Shown in pieces: positions 35,936-48,747 of a stretch of DNA of 64,000 bases. Position numbers and translations under genes: made by a program. The notes under the pieces are model-generated. The model had not been told where the DNA came from and ran no database searches. It saw nothing but the letters and a program-made list of their open reading frames with translations. The stretch comes from Mytilus trossulus (lineage: Eukaryota). The stretch lies in assembly GCF_036588685.1 (NCBI RefSeq), contig NC_086381.1, forward strand, positions 44,268,001 to 44,332,000, read 5' to 3'. The first letter of the stretch is position 1. Each line of letters starts with the position of its first letter.

Positions 35936-36193
35936 ATCATTTTCTTTTATTAAAGACAATGTCACACACAGTATCAAATAAGTTGGATTCAATCAAAAGT
36001 TATAATGATAACCATCATGTTCTGATGAATGAATCTAGTAGGTGGTACTAAGAACATCGCAATTTCCCATAAAACCTGCGTCAAGAAGTCTAGTGACTAA
36101 ACTGTCAAAATGACATCTATCCTGTTACTAACAAGGTAAACAAATGACAGTCATCATTCGGCCATTATACAACGTGACACCTTCATTATATCA

Positions 36194-36286
36194 ACCAATC
36201 AGATGTCTTGTATTAGAATGACGCGTGTAAAATATAATAAAAACGTAGTTTTAGCGTGCGTAATTGAGAAAAAAAAATATATAAAA
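36194..36286 (+). promoter_or_regulatory. Putative promoter (CCAAT and TATA box) of the secreted-protein gene
   Basis: aaccaatcag at ~36194 and tatataaaag at ~36278, about 60 nt upstream of ATG 36342. Confidence 0.5.
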
Positions 36287-36341
36287 GGAAATTTCTTTGA
36301 GAATAAGACAACTGGTAAAAGATTTTGAAACGATAACAGCA

Positions 36342-38099
36342 ATGAAGACAGGAACGTTTACATTCGTATTTGGAGTTTTATTTCTATATTGCGCAAATGG
36401 TAAGTTAACATTTAAAGTTAATTCGTATCATGTTAGTAATAAATTAATTATTCTTTAAAAATAATTTGAATAAGTAATTTAAGGTACCAATGAAAATGAC
36501 ATTTATATATTTGTTGCGCTTTTCTGGATATGTCTCAGTCATCAGTAACGCTCATGCTCCAAAATAGACAAGCAAGTCCATTATGATATATATATTCACT
36601 CTTAAATACAGATGCACTGTCATGTTTTGTAATTGTGAAAAATGCAACATCTTGAAAAGAGAACGAACTGCTGTACTTGTTAACTTGTTTTGTTGACCAA
36701 TTGACCCGTTAATGTTGATCTCTATATCTCTCTTTATTCACCTGAAATATAAAAATTTATATCAAAAACTTTTATTAAATTTATTTTTCATTTTTCAATT
36801 TTAGGTCATAAATATCACAGCTACCGCAGATATGGGAGGCACCACGTGAAACATCGACCTATTAAACAGGAAGGGTCCTTACTTCCGGTAAATCCTCCTG
36901 TAAACATATGTCCACCTCTTGTTTGTCCATTGATTGATATTCCAAACGAATGTCGAAAGGAAATATATACTAATGTGTATGGAGTACTTTGCAGAGGATG
37001 TGACAAAAATATATGTGTAAATAATAAAATAGTTCCAGACATTACAAAAATTCAACCGGACAATGGACCAAGTAGAGGTGACATTCCAAAAGTTCCAAAG
37101 TTTGTCAATCAAATGACCGGTAAACTTACCGGAAGTTGGCTCGATGCAAATCTGAATCCAAAGCCTGTATATATACCAAATAATCAATTTCAAATCAATA
37201 ACAACATTCCATTGCCAAACAATGTTCCGGTCTGGCAAAATAGTTTGAACACGCAGTGGACAAATAATGGGCCCCTGAATCCACAATGGCAAAGTAATGT
37301 TCCAGCAAATATCCAATGGCAAGATAATGTACCAATCAACTCTCAATGGCAAAATACAATACCAATGAACAACCAGTGGCAGAACAATGGAGCTGGTAAC
37401 AGTTTATGGCAAAATAACGTAGCTGGCAACAGTCTTTTGCAAAATAATGGAGCTGGCAACAGTCTATTGCAAAATAATATAGCTGGCAACGGTCTATTGC
37501 AAAATAATGTAGCTGGCAACGGTCAATGGCAAAACAGTGGAGCAGTAAATTCACAATGGCAAAATATTTTGCCAAATAATCAATTGCAGAACACACTGCC
37601 GATCGATCAAAACAACATGCAATTTCCTGTTAATAATCAATGGCAAAGTGCACCTGTGTTTAGACAGCAACCCAACACACTTACTGTACTTGGAACATTA
37701 GCACAAGGTGGACCGTCTCAAAACACACCATTTGTACGTGGATCTTTCCAATCACCAAACCAAGCTATCCCACAATTCAATCAGAACCCGTCAGGTAGTT
37801 CTTTGCCTGTTTTTAGAAACAATCAACAGATAGGGACACCAATATCTGGTCTACCTATTCAACTTACCGGAAAAGACGTGAAGTCGGTCCCGATTCGAAA
37901 AGAAAGTGATCAAAATGGGAAAATAGTCGAATCAGCTCCTGTTCTCATAAAAACTAGCGAAAATCTTGGATTTACCAATCCGCTATATAATGAATTACCG
38001 TTCGTTCAAACTATCGACAGTATAAACAGTAAAGTATATGATGCGAATGCACCCGAAGCTTTAATCACCAAAGCTGTAAACTCAGTTGGTGGCGTGTAA
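36342..38099 (+). CDS. Secreted Asn/Gln/Pro/Trp-rich repeat protein, 2 exons, 450 aa (possible shell-matrix or byssal-type structural protein)
   Basis: Exon 1 (36342-36399) encodes the signal peptide MKTGTFTFVFGVLFLYCANG and ends G|GTAAGT. Exon 2 (36805-38099) follows tttttcaattttag, phase 1, in frame with the 417 aa ORF. It has a His/Arg/Tyr-rich start, a 6-Cys module and decapeptide repeats ending QWQN/LLQN. Confidence 0.88.
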
Positions 38100-39816
38100 C
38101 CTGTTAATCTTTATACCAAAAATGTTATAGAAGTGCTTATTTCTTGCAGAAATCCAGACTTTTCAAAACATTGATAGTGAGCCATATTTAATGTATATAT
38201 TTTCTATTGTTTTATAATAAAATTATTTAAGATTTGAAAGTCGATGTTTGATTTTTTTGTTGTTTTCAATATATCTTTTTTTTTTGGTGGATCAAGTTCG
38301 TTCACAGGAAAAATGCATATTTCATTCTTTTTATCAAAACCATACCATTTGTACGATCTTGTGTAAATAGATTTTAAAGGATTCCACCTTTCACAATTTG
38401 TTTTTACCAATGAATAGTAAAAAATGAAGATTGGCGACAGATTTTCTCATTGACTAATGTCAACTTGTATAACTTGATATTTATGAAGCCGGTCAAGCAC
38501 ATGATTTATACTTTTCATGCATACTATATTAAGAACATTAAATATCATATATGTATACACTGCTGTCACATTTCATACTATATCACTGAACAAAATATGA
38601 TTTCATAAAAAAGTATTTCTATAATACAAAATAGTTGAGAATAATAAGGCCCGATATTTATCAATTAACAAGTGGGGGCATGTTTTTTTTCTAAATAAAG
38701 AATATTCGTTTTTTATACAAGAATATTTTAAAAAGGATACATGTCACTTTTGGCAAAATATTTCCGTGCAATTCAACTTTATAAAAAATATCTAAAAGGT
38801 CGCATTTTGACTATTAAATTGATCTGTTTCAAAAGCCTTAATCAAGCCTTAATCTAAGGTAAAACAGATATCTTCATTTAATAGAGTACCTACGTTCCAG
38901 TTTTTTCAGTAACAAAATATGTCCAAATTCAAATTCAATATTGATTTGATTGTTAAGGCAGAAACTGGTAAGTTAAACTTTGCTAACAGCTGTTAAGAAA
39001 TATTGTGAAATTGTGATATTGTACCAAAACTGACGATACAACTCAAATGATGCAAAGTTAAGGCTCCTTGTATTTAGAATGAGATGTGCCGGAAAGCAAT
39101 TATTTTTGTCAAAAGTTATTATATCACAATTATGTCTATTTAAAATTTGTACTCTTTTGGAAAGATAAAAAAAAGTTCCTAGCTTCCGAAGGTGTAATCA
39201 TTTTCTTGAAAACGTGTTATATACCTACTGTTTTCTCATTTTCATTATCACATTTTTTTTAAGTGTTCAGTCTCCTAAATATGCTCCTGAAAACAACAAA
39301 AAAAGACACAAGATCAGCAATCTCTTGTTCAATTTGATTATTTCATGTTTTGTATATATAATAAATAGAGCCCAAAAAATAGCAAACGATGCCAAAAAGA
39401 TATTCAAACACATAAGCCAAAACAACCTGACAACCCGATTGGCAAAATACGGAAACAATGAATGGAAATTGATTCAGAAAGATTAGAGTGCGTTTGTCGT
39501 AATTTGTAAATTTTGATCTTATTTCCTTCTTTATGAAAGAGTCGGAAGATACAAGCGAGAGCACACTCTCAAACCAAGAAATGACCGGCAAAATCTTGGC
39601 GACACAAAACGAAAAATACCAATTCACAAAACAATAAATACAAAAACTTAAAACTGATCAACTATAATTCCCCCACATCTCAAAATAATATTCGTGAAGG
39701 GTATGCATACCCTGTTCCACATCTAGCACCCGTCGTGCTGATCGTGTTCAGTACAAACCCGTCTTTGCGTTTCATTCGGTTATGTCGCTAGTTATATTAT
39801 GTATACAGAACATTTA

Positions 39817-40075
39817 ACAGCTGATTGCATTGAGCGTGTAGGCAATGGTAATATCGTTAGTTAGCTTGCTTGCGAGCTGAGTCGTGAAGTCATTATTAAA
39901 CCATCCTTCTTTAAGAGTAGACTAGTCCGACATATAACCAATATATCTGTCTGTATGAATAGACAACTTCGATCGGAGGGTAGTATACCTCACCTAATAA
40001 TGACTTCACGGTTCAGCTAGCATACAAGCAACCAAAGAGTCTACCTTTACCTACACTTTCAATGCAATAGGCTGT
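39817..40075. mobile_element. MITE-like foldback element with ~85 bp imperfect terminal inverted repeats
   Basis: acagctgattgcattgagcgtgtaggc pairs with acctacactttcaatgcaataggctgt; agctgagtcgtgaagtcattatta pairs with taataatgacttcacggttcagct. Confidence 0.75.
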
Positions 40076-42844
40076 AATACTCTTAAACACATTTACTTTC
40101 AGTTGTTCTCACTCTGTAATTGTAATGTTAATATGTTATTTATTTGGAACTATACATATAAATAGTATACAGTTTTTACTCCTCCTTTCCCGATACTTTA
40201 TCGATGAATACCTCTGATCCATTTATCAGTCATTATATGAATGTTTTGCTTATTATCCAAACGTAACACCTTGTCCTTACATACGCAGGTCAATGTATTA
40301 CATGTATGAATCACAATGAAGATTGAAAAGTAACATCGGCTTGTAATTATCTGCAACAATACAATTAATTATTGATAAAAAGAACATATTATTACAAAAG
40401 ATAATCTTATCTGCAACAATGTTATTTTAGTTTTCATTTATCTATTTTTTTCATTTAGCTAAACAGTTGCATAAATGTTTTTTTCTTTCTGTTTTTGTTA
40501 AAGACGTTTTACAATTCATGAAATTGATAAACACATTACATGAATAAGCGCGGCTGCTAAGGGATAGCATTTGGCAAGAATGAGTTGTGACCCCATAATG
40601 ACGAAATTTAGGTGCAGACGGATTTCTCCAAAGGAACTGATCGTTTAAATAAATAATTTGCCTTTGCTAGGATATAACTAAAGGAACCGGTCGTTCAAAT
40701 AAAGAGTGTGTCTTTGCTATGATATAATATATGTCTCGTGCTTAATTGCCAGCAGAATATCTATCTAATTGTCAGTGGTTGCTTCCTTGTAGTATACCAG
40801 CAATGAGTTTGTCCCTTTTTTCAATAAAAAACAATACGGTTTTCTCCAACAACTAACAAAAGATTCATGATGAAAAGTTCCTTATTGTATTTTATAAGAT
40901 TCCTTAAGTTGACTAGTGCTCATATGAAAAAAGTTTAATCCCCAATATTTTTGTTTGAATGTGAGTTAACTTGGTCTCCAATTTTATTTATTTTGATATT
41001 GCAAGGCAAGTGACACTTCTGTTACCTTCATCAGATACGCTCCGACAATAAATAACTTGCATGTGCAAAAAGGAGGGGGGGGGGGGGTAAACAAACGTGA
41101 CAAGTAACTATAAAAAAGGAAAGCCAAATTGTGTATGCTCAATGACGTTTGAGGAAATCCTGTCCATAGTTTTTTTTTATCGTTGATGGTCAGCGCACTT
41201 ATAATTCATTTAGTTAATTTTAGCCAATTAGTATTTAAACTAAAGTATCGAACAATAAAAAAGACTAATAGATACTAATGTCTGAGTCAATCGTTGTGAT
41301 CAAATTCAATATTTACTTATTCTTGTTATTCAAATTACTTTGGAGACATATGTTATACCTAACACAAAATCAATTCATAAAGTGAAAAATTATTTATATT
41401 TTCTGACGTGTTGCATTTCATACTTAAGTTTAAAGTGGAAATAAATAAATGACATCCGATTGGTAATTTTATGCATTTCGTGTTCTCTTAGACCTTTAAC
41501 ATGCTAAACAGGTCAAGACTCCAACCTCTTGATAGTGGAAAGTACCTAATTTAAACGGAAGCAGCTTTATAATTTCGTACTTTGACTAATTATACAAACA
41601 AGGATTTTAGTAAACTAATTACACTTATTATGCTACAATGATGTAAGGTGTATAAATTGTGAATGAAACAATGGAAATAAAAAGGAAAAAATAATAGAAA
41701 AAGGAGATGAAAAGTCTAGTGCTTGTTGTGAACCTTTTACTTTTGATATTTAAAAATGACGGTAAGACTTTTGTTTATTATCAAAATTTTATATTTTTTG
41801 GGGTTTTGGTGTCTAGTTATAAACGCTTATTTAGGTTATTCCGGTCTAACAGAAATACGCTGATAAGAACAGACAGTCATCACGAACTATAATCCATTGT
41901 GATATATGACAAGACAATACAATATTTTATTTAATTCTCACCTTTTCTTTGATAAAACATACTCATATTTGATAAAACAACATCATAAAACATACAAGAG
42001 CCTCTTAAAAAAATAGAAAGACTATCTTATAGGGACAGTTATTATCTAGTTATATCAATCCGTGACATAAGTTGTGATCCCTAACAGGACCCATTTGATT
42101 TTAGAGGAATATCAATTGTTGATAATATTAGTAAATTTTGATAATAGGCTGTCAAAGATTACTGAAAAAACATATGTAAAACAAAACTGAACAAACTGTG
42201 TATGTGGAAGGTTGAAATTTTTATTAATGTTTGTGCTGAGGGCACGATTAATTAATGCAGAAGTATGTGAAACACAGGTTTCAGCCATTTCGTTTGAATT
42301 CTTTTACATTTGTGATTACAGGACTTTTTATACCTTTCTATGCAGTATGGAATATGCTCGTTCTTGCAGGCCGTACGCTGAACTTAGTTGTTTATTTATG
42401 TGTCATTCGGTATTTTGTGGAGAGTTGTCTCTTTAGCAATAATGCCACATCATTACGGAACTCCAGTGGCAAATATTACATGTAGATAAAAATAAGAGTA
42501 GATCATGTTATATAAATATGAATAATCTATGGGGAGAAATGTGCTTTTAAAGCTACACACCTTACCCGCGCACACTATTACGACTCCGAGTCAAACAGTC
42601 TCTACTATTATAGATGCCGAATAGTTAGAGGAATAGGAGCAAATACATAGTCAAGTGTTTGATTTGTTTCGGATGCCTGAGATCTCTATAAATAAGGAAC
42701 ATTTAAATAGAATAAAATGATCAAGTAACAATCTGAAATAGTTTTTTCAAATGTCTGCGATTTGTTGACGTACAGTTGTTATAAATAATGTATTTCTGTA
42801 TTTTGATATTTTTTTTAATTGTTATTTGATATTTGTTAATATAA

Positions 42845-43275
42845 AAAAGAAGATGTGGTATGATTTCCAATGAGACAATACTTTACCAGAGACCAAATGA
42901 CACGGAAACTAACAGCTTTAGGTAACAGTTTAGTCTTCAACAATGCACAACGCTCATATTGCATAGTTAGCTATGCTGGAAATTCAACTTCAGTTTGTTG
43001 ATAGTTTTCTGTAACATAGAAGAAGAAGAAAAGGCCCCCAAATCACAAATGTAATTTTTAACAATTCAAACGAGAAAACGAACTGCATAATTAATGTACA
43101 AAAACAAATATGCAGCACAGCAACAAACGACAACCACTGAATTACTACATACTCCTTACTTTAGACAGGCACATGCATACAGAATATTAAGGGGTCATAC
43201 ATGTTAGAGGGGTCCCATCTCTCCTAACCTGTGACAGTGGTGTAACAGTTCAACGTTAACATAAGATCAAACTAT
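42845..43275. mobile_element. Interspersed repeat (aagaagatgtggtatgatt family); inverted partner at 44135-44315
   Basis: Shares sequence with 1929-2135 and is reverse-complementary to 44135-44315 and ~49730-50060. Confidence 0.78.
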
Positions 43276-44719
43276 AAGTCTGACTGTATTTTATTTTGGT
43301 AAGAATTGAGACTAGCCAGCATTGAAAAAAATGCGTAAAATCTACAACAATATAGGATATGTGCCAAAATTGCTAAAAATAGTAAGACACAAATTTGTCT
43401 TTCTCATTTAAGCCAAGATTGATTTTTCTAATAAAAAGAATAGACAGACAATAAGTGTGACGCATGATATATAATATGATGTGTTATCATTCAGAAATCC
43501 ATTTTATAATGCAAAATATAATTTATATCTGTCTGGCCATAACATTCAAGGTTGTGTGTCTATATATATATAAATATCTGACAGAATTGCTGTCCATAAA
43601 AGCTCAGAAATATAATGTTACTGTACGACTTAAATGTATGCAAGTCTCCAATTATCATGGCAATTTTTCACATTTTTTTTTCTAAAATATTGTTATTTTT
43701 CGGCATTACCAAAACTTCACAACAAGTATGAAATAACTTGGAAACATTGGTTTAAATGCTTAATAATCATTTTGTGAACTTTTTATTAGATGTATTTCCG
43801 ACCACCTTTGGTTTGAAATCGTTTAAATCCTCAACTAATTCGCTTTGCAATCTTTTCATAGCCATAGCGGAAGGAGTGTTCTCTGAGACGTCTGCATGAA
43901 GGTCTAAAAATGCTTATTAACGTAAAGTTCACAAACTAAGAAACATTTAATATGTATGTAACTCGATATACAATATGCATGTTAAATGTATAGAATGCAG
44001 TAGTTTGATCGCGTTTGATAGTACGGAAATATCAATGATGATGTCACTGCTGCAAACTGTAACACATTTATTTAATATGGCAGTTTACGTACACTTATGT
44101 TGTATTTTCTTAATATGGAAAATTTTACATAAATTGGACCGTTAGTTTTCTCGTTTGAATTGTTTTACATTGTCATTTCGGTGCCTGTTATAGCTGACTA
44201 TGCGGTAAGGGCTTTGTTCATTGTTGAAGACAGTACGGTGACCTATGTTAATTTCTGTCATTTTGGTCTCTAGCTGAGAGTTGTCTCATGAGCAATCATA
44301 CCACATTTTCTTTTTTAAATTTGATGCCAAAAATAATTTGACCCATCATCGTCGTTGTTAAAGAAACTTACTATTGTATAAATGTGATTGATGCACATCT
44401 CTGAATATCTCCAAGCATCTGGTGTTATCACCCAAAAGATCTCTTTTTACAAATTTTTAGTAAGTTTGATATCAGGATTTAAGGATCCAAAATGTAAGCG
44501 TTATCGTGGCTTTTCAATTAAACTACATAACACGCACTCAATGCTTTTCATACGTCAAATGTGCTATGTAACACCAAACACATTAGAATTCTTGAATCAG
44601 GCATTTTCAAAGGTGTCTATAATTGCTTTACATAAGTCCTTCATTGAAAGCTTTATCTTCTGCATGGGCTTTGCTTACTATTGACGGTTGTGTGTGTGGT
44701 GGCATATCGTTGTAAATTG

Positions 44720-45081
44720 TTTAGTTTTATTTTAGTTTTAAACATATTTATTTATAGTGGATTGGGAAACAAGTTTTGCAACTTATATCAATCCCTTTCC
44801 ACTTTGCGGGTGCGAGTACTGCCTTGTAGCGGCATTAGCCTACTCTTTTTCGAAATCTACAAGGGTGTCTTTAACGTGCAAGAAATATGGCTCTCTCTAA
44901 ACACGGGTCAGCCATTTATCGTCCCCGTCCGACGAACTATCATCGTTTCCTCAAGACCATACTCGCAAATGGTGTCAAGGGAGAGCCGAAAATTGAGTTC
45001 CTGAAATTTTCATCCCAAACGTGAATCGAACCAGGAACCTTTGTGTTAGTAGTCCGATGCGCTAACCACTACACCACGGCT
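44720..45081 (-). mobile_element. tRNA-derived SINE (~360 bp)
   Basis: The minus strand begins agccgtggtgtagtggttagcgcatcggactactaacacaaaggttcctggttcgattc, with Pol III A box (TGGTGTAGTGG) and B box (GGTTCGATTC), followed by a non-tRNA body and an A-rich tail. Confidence 0.85.
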
Positions 45082-46212
45082 GTCTTGTTTGCATCCTCGT
45101 TATTTATTCTATTGCGAATAATTGCCTCATTAGAAATTAAACTACATTTCCTTATTCCTATATTATCTATTCATCATGAACGTTAAGCAAGCAACACTCG
45201 ATCAATCAATTTACTCATTACAATATAAAATCTTCGGGACTAAGTTATGTCACAGATTTTTTTTGACGTTCCATAAATTATGACGATGGACATATAAGTA
45301 CCGAAAAAGGGGACATCGACATTTCTGTTTGTGTTGGGGTGGGGGTTTTGGGTGGATGACTATAAGTTATTGATTTGAAATACATGTACCAGTAACAAAA
45401 CCAGTTCTAGTTCGCATATGAAATAAACAGAACTATCATGGTATTATGTTTTCTTTATTTATTAAACTTAAATTTCAAACAGTGATTCATATATATACAC
45501 ATATATCTTCTTTATTATGATTTACTAGGGGTATGGGGGTAGCTGCAGTCATGGATGCCATTGTAATTAATATATATAATTATATCCCAACGCAAGATCT
45601 TTAAGTAAATATAAAAAATGTTGATAAAGCATTTTACTAAGTCAGTAAGGGGAAATGATACATGTATAAGTATACATTTATCTCTTTACTTAGAAAAACA
45701 GGATAGGACTAAACCGTTCTACACACAAAAATTTCCGTGGTATTCATAACGATTATGTTACTATATGCTACTTAATCCATTTAGTATGTATAAGGTGGGG
45801 ATGGTATTTTGGTGAGCTAACGAACCGTTAGATATGATTCATTTGCCCTTTGAACGATATGACAGTGAATAGTTATCAAAGGTACCAAGCTAATATTTTA
45901 TTACTCCATATTCCTTTCTAAAAATAAAGCTTTCGTATAAAAATGGAGACGATAGAAAGAACAACCAAAACTTTAAGTCGAAAAAAAAGGAGAACAGAAG
46001 AAAGACAAACGAAAGTCCACAAAACATATGTACACCAAAGAAAAACCAACGAGTTGGTAACCCCTAAAATACAGTGAGCGCTGAAGTCCGCTATACCTTC
46101 CTGGTTCACTAGTTACACCCGCCTTTTAACATATTTTAATATACCTGGTACGTTGATGAGTCATTTCCAGTGATTGTTTCTGGAAATACATGTATCAAAC
46201 ATGTATCAAACA

Positions 46213-47610
46213 CGTACCAAACATAGACTAAAAGAACTAGCCAAGGAATTTGTTTTTGTCCCGCCCGATAAAGCTGCTAATAATATTATTATTGTTTGAC
46301 GTAAATTTTACATTGAGGTTCTGAAAAAGGAAATCACCAATTCACCAACATTCCAACTGACTCCATTTTCAGAAAACGAAATCTGTAACAAACATTAAAT
46401 TTTAGCCACTGCTTTACAAGCAGAGCCAAATACAATGAAAGTTCCAACTATGCATTGGCTTCCGAAGCTACACAAAACCCCTTACAAATATAGATTTATT
46501 TCGTCTTCAAGCCATTGTTCAACTTCTAAATTGTCTATTCTTCTTACCAGCACACTTGGTACAATTAAAAACCTGATAATAAATTGTTCAAATAAGGCCT
46601 TCGAAAATAGAGGAATGAATTACTTTTGGAGTGTCAAGAACTCGATGGAAGTACTTGATAAATTGCATGCTCATATTGATTTTTCTACCCTGTATACCAC
46701 ATTGCCTCACATTCTCATTAAGAAAAAAATCACACACCTTATTAAATGGGCATTCAAAAAATCAGAATGTGAATATATATGTTCAAACTCTTTTAGGTCA
46801 TTTTTTAGTAGCAATAAACAAAAAAACTATGTTAATTGGACATGCTTTGATACTATATATGCCCTTGAATTTTTACTAGATAACATTTTTGTTCGCTTTG
46901 GGGATTCCGTATATCGTCAGATTATCGGAATTCCAATGGGGACTAACTGTGCACCACTTATTGCGGACCTGTTTTTGTATTGTTATGAGTTACAATTTAT
47001 GACAAAAATAAGCAAAGACCCTTCGAAACAACATCTGATAAACAAATTTAATAATACTTTTAGATATTTGGATGATATTTTGGCTCTCAATAATGACGAC
47101 TTCAGTATATCTATTAATGAAATTTATCCTGTTGAACTTACTTTAAATAAAGCTAATACTAACAATGACCACTGCCCTTTTCTCGATCTTGATATCTATA
47201 TCACTAACGGAAAGCTGAATACTAAAATTTATGATAAAAGGGATGATTTTTCATTTCCTATTTATCCGTTTTTAGTTGGTGACGTTCCCTTGTCGCCATC
47301 TTACGGGGTTTATACATCTCAACTTGTACGATTCGCTCGTGTATGTAACAATGTTTTAGATTTTAACGAGAGAAATGTATGTATAACTGAAAAATTATTA
47401 CACCAGGGTTTTCGATATCACAAACTAGTCAAAACATGCAGACTTCTAATACGTTCAGGTATTTCACATCCATTTTTTTATGGAAATATTCTCTATAAAG
47501 CACAAAGGTGTCAGTATTCACCTCAGAAACTTACAAAACCTTTGAATAGACTTATTAAGAAGGGATATAATAATATTGAGTCACTTATAGGGTCTTTGCA
47601 TCGGAACTAA
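46213..47610 (+). pseudogene. Penelope-like reverse transcriptase pseudogene
   Basis: In-frame TGA 46297-46299 (candidate Sec) and TAA 46396-46398 (probable lesion). It has small deletions relative to the copy at 53255-54350, e.g. it lacks GDFESVQSF before DFSTLY. Confidence 0.85.
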
Positions 47611-47648
47611 ACGCATTTATTCTAAAAACAGTTGTTGGCATGGCACGG

Positions 47649-47715
47649 TCATATATGTTATGATGGTATGATACTAAACCCCTAACTGGAAGGATTGTGC
47701 CTGATGTTCATATGA
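47649..47715 (+). promoter_or_regulatory. Putative SECIS element
   Basis: ATGAT (47660-47664), stem ggtatgatact, AAA (47676-47678), ggattgtgcc, TGAT (47702-47705), with a lower stem tcatat/atatga. It lies ~40 nt after the RT stop. Confidence 0.75.
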
Positions 47716-47910
47716 TGAAATCATAATCTTTCAGTCAGTTTAATTTAAGTCTGGAGCTGGCATGTCAGTTAACTGCTAGTAGTCTGTTGTTATTTATGTA
47801 TTATTGTCATTTTGTTTATTTTCTTTGGTTACATCTTCTGACATCAGACTCGGACTTCTCTTGAACTGAATTTTAATGTGCGTATTGTTATGCGTTTACT
47901 TTTCTACATT

Positions 47911-48000
47911 GGTTAGAGGTATAGGGGAGGGTTGAGATCTCACAAACATGTTTAACCCCGCCGCATGTTTGCGTCTGTCCCAAGTCAGGAGCCCCTGGCC
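47911..48000 (+). ncRNA. Putative twister ribozyme (type-P5 permutation)
   Basis: GGGGAGGG ... TAACCCCGCC - gca/tgc hairpin - G TCTG TCCCAAGT CAGG A, enclosed by ggttagaggt/gcccctggcc; matches the twister core motifs UAAC..GCC, UCCCAAGC and GGAGGG. Confidence 0.65.
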
Positions 48001-48747
48001 TTTGTTAGTCTTGTATTATTTTAATTTTAGTTTCTTGTGTACAATTTGGAAATAAGTATGGCGTTCATTATCACTGGACTAGTATATATTTGTTTAGGGG
48101 CCAGCTGAAGGACGCCTCCGGGTGCGGGAATTTCTCGCTACATTGAAGACCTGTTGAAGACCTGTTGGTGACCTTCTGCTGTTGTTTTTTTATTTGGTCG
48201 GGTTGTTGTCTCTTTGACACATTCCCCATTTCCATTCTCAATTTTATGTATATGAACAACTTTTTATAAATTCGGGAACTTTAGTTAGAATTATTATACA
48301 TAATCTTCATCTAGCATCACAGTTGAAGTACAATTTGTACGGGTATCTTTCGAAGCAGAGTTGGCAGCTTGCCAAAAATTTACTTCCAAATTGTGCGTTC
48401 AACGATTTTCGTGTGTACGAGCTTCGACCCATGTTTCGGAGTTTGTGTTGTGGGTGCTATTATGTTTTTATATTAGTGCATGTTTAATGTAATCCATCTC
48501 TTTTCATAAATGTTATTGATATGCAGACGCCTGTCATATCTCGTTGCAATTGATTGAAAAAGACCTAATAAATTAGAAAATGTCTACTAGTAACTTAATG
48601 CTTGATTCAGACATAATAATTGATTTTTACGTACTTTAACCGACACATGTACCATTGTTTTAAGAACACATTGCATGTATGAGAAAATAAATACTTACTT
48701 GGTATTAAGCTTTAACTTTTTATGTGTAGAATCTAATCTGGCATTTC

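Larger units (their letters stand above)
46210..48247 (+). mobile_element. 5'-truncated Penelope-like retroelement (Naiad-type) with RT relic and 3' region
   Basis: FVPPDKAANN, WLPKLHKTPYKYRFI, DFSTLYT, GIPMGTNCAP, RYLDD, FLDL and IYDKRDDF are PLE RT motifs. There is no C-terminal GIY-YIG. The 3' region is repeated at 48748-49227. Confidence 0.88.

Noticed and set aside
45010-45081. tRNA gene on the minus strand
   Set aside because: A and B boxes are present but there is no closing acceptor stem, and it continues into a SINE body and tail.
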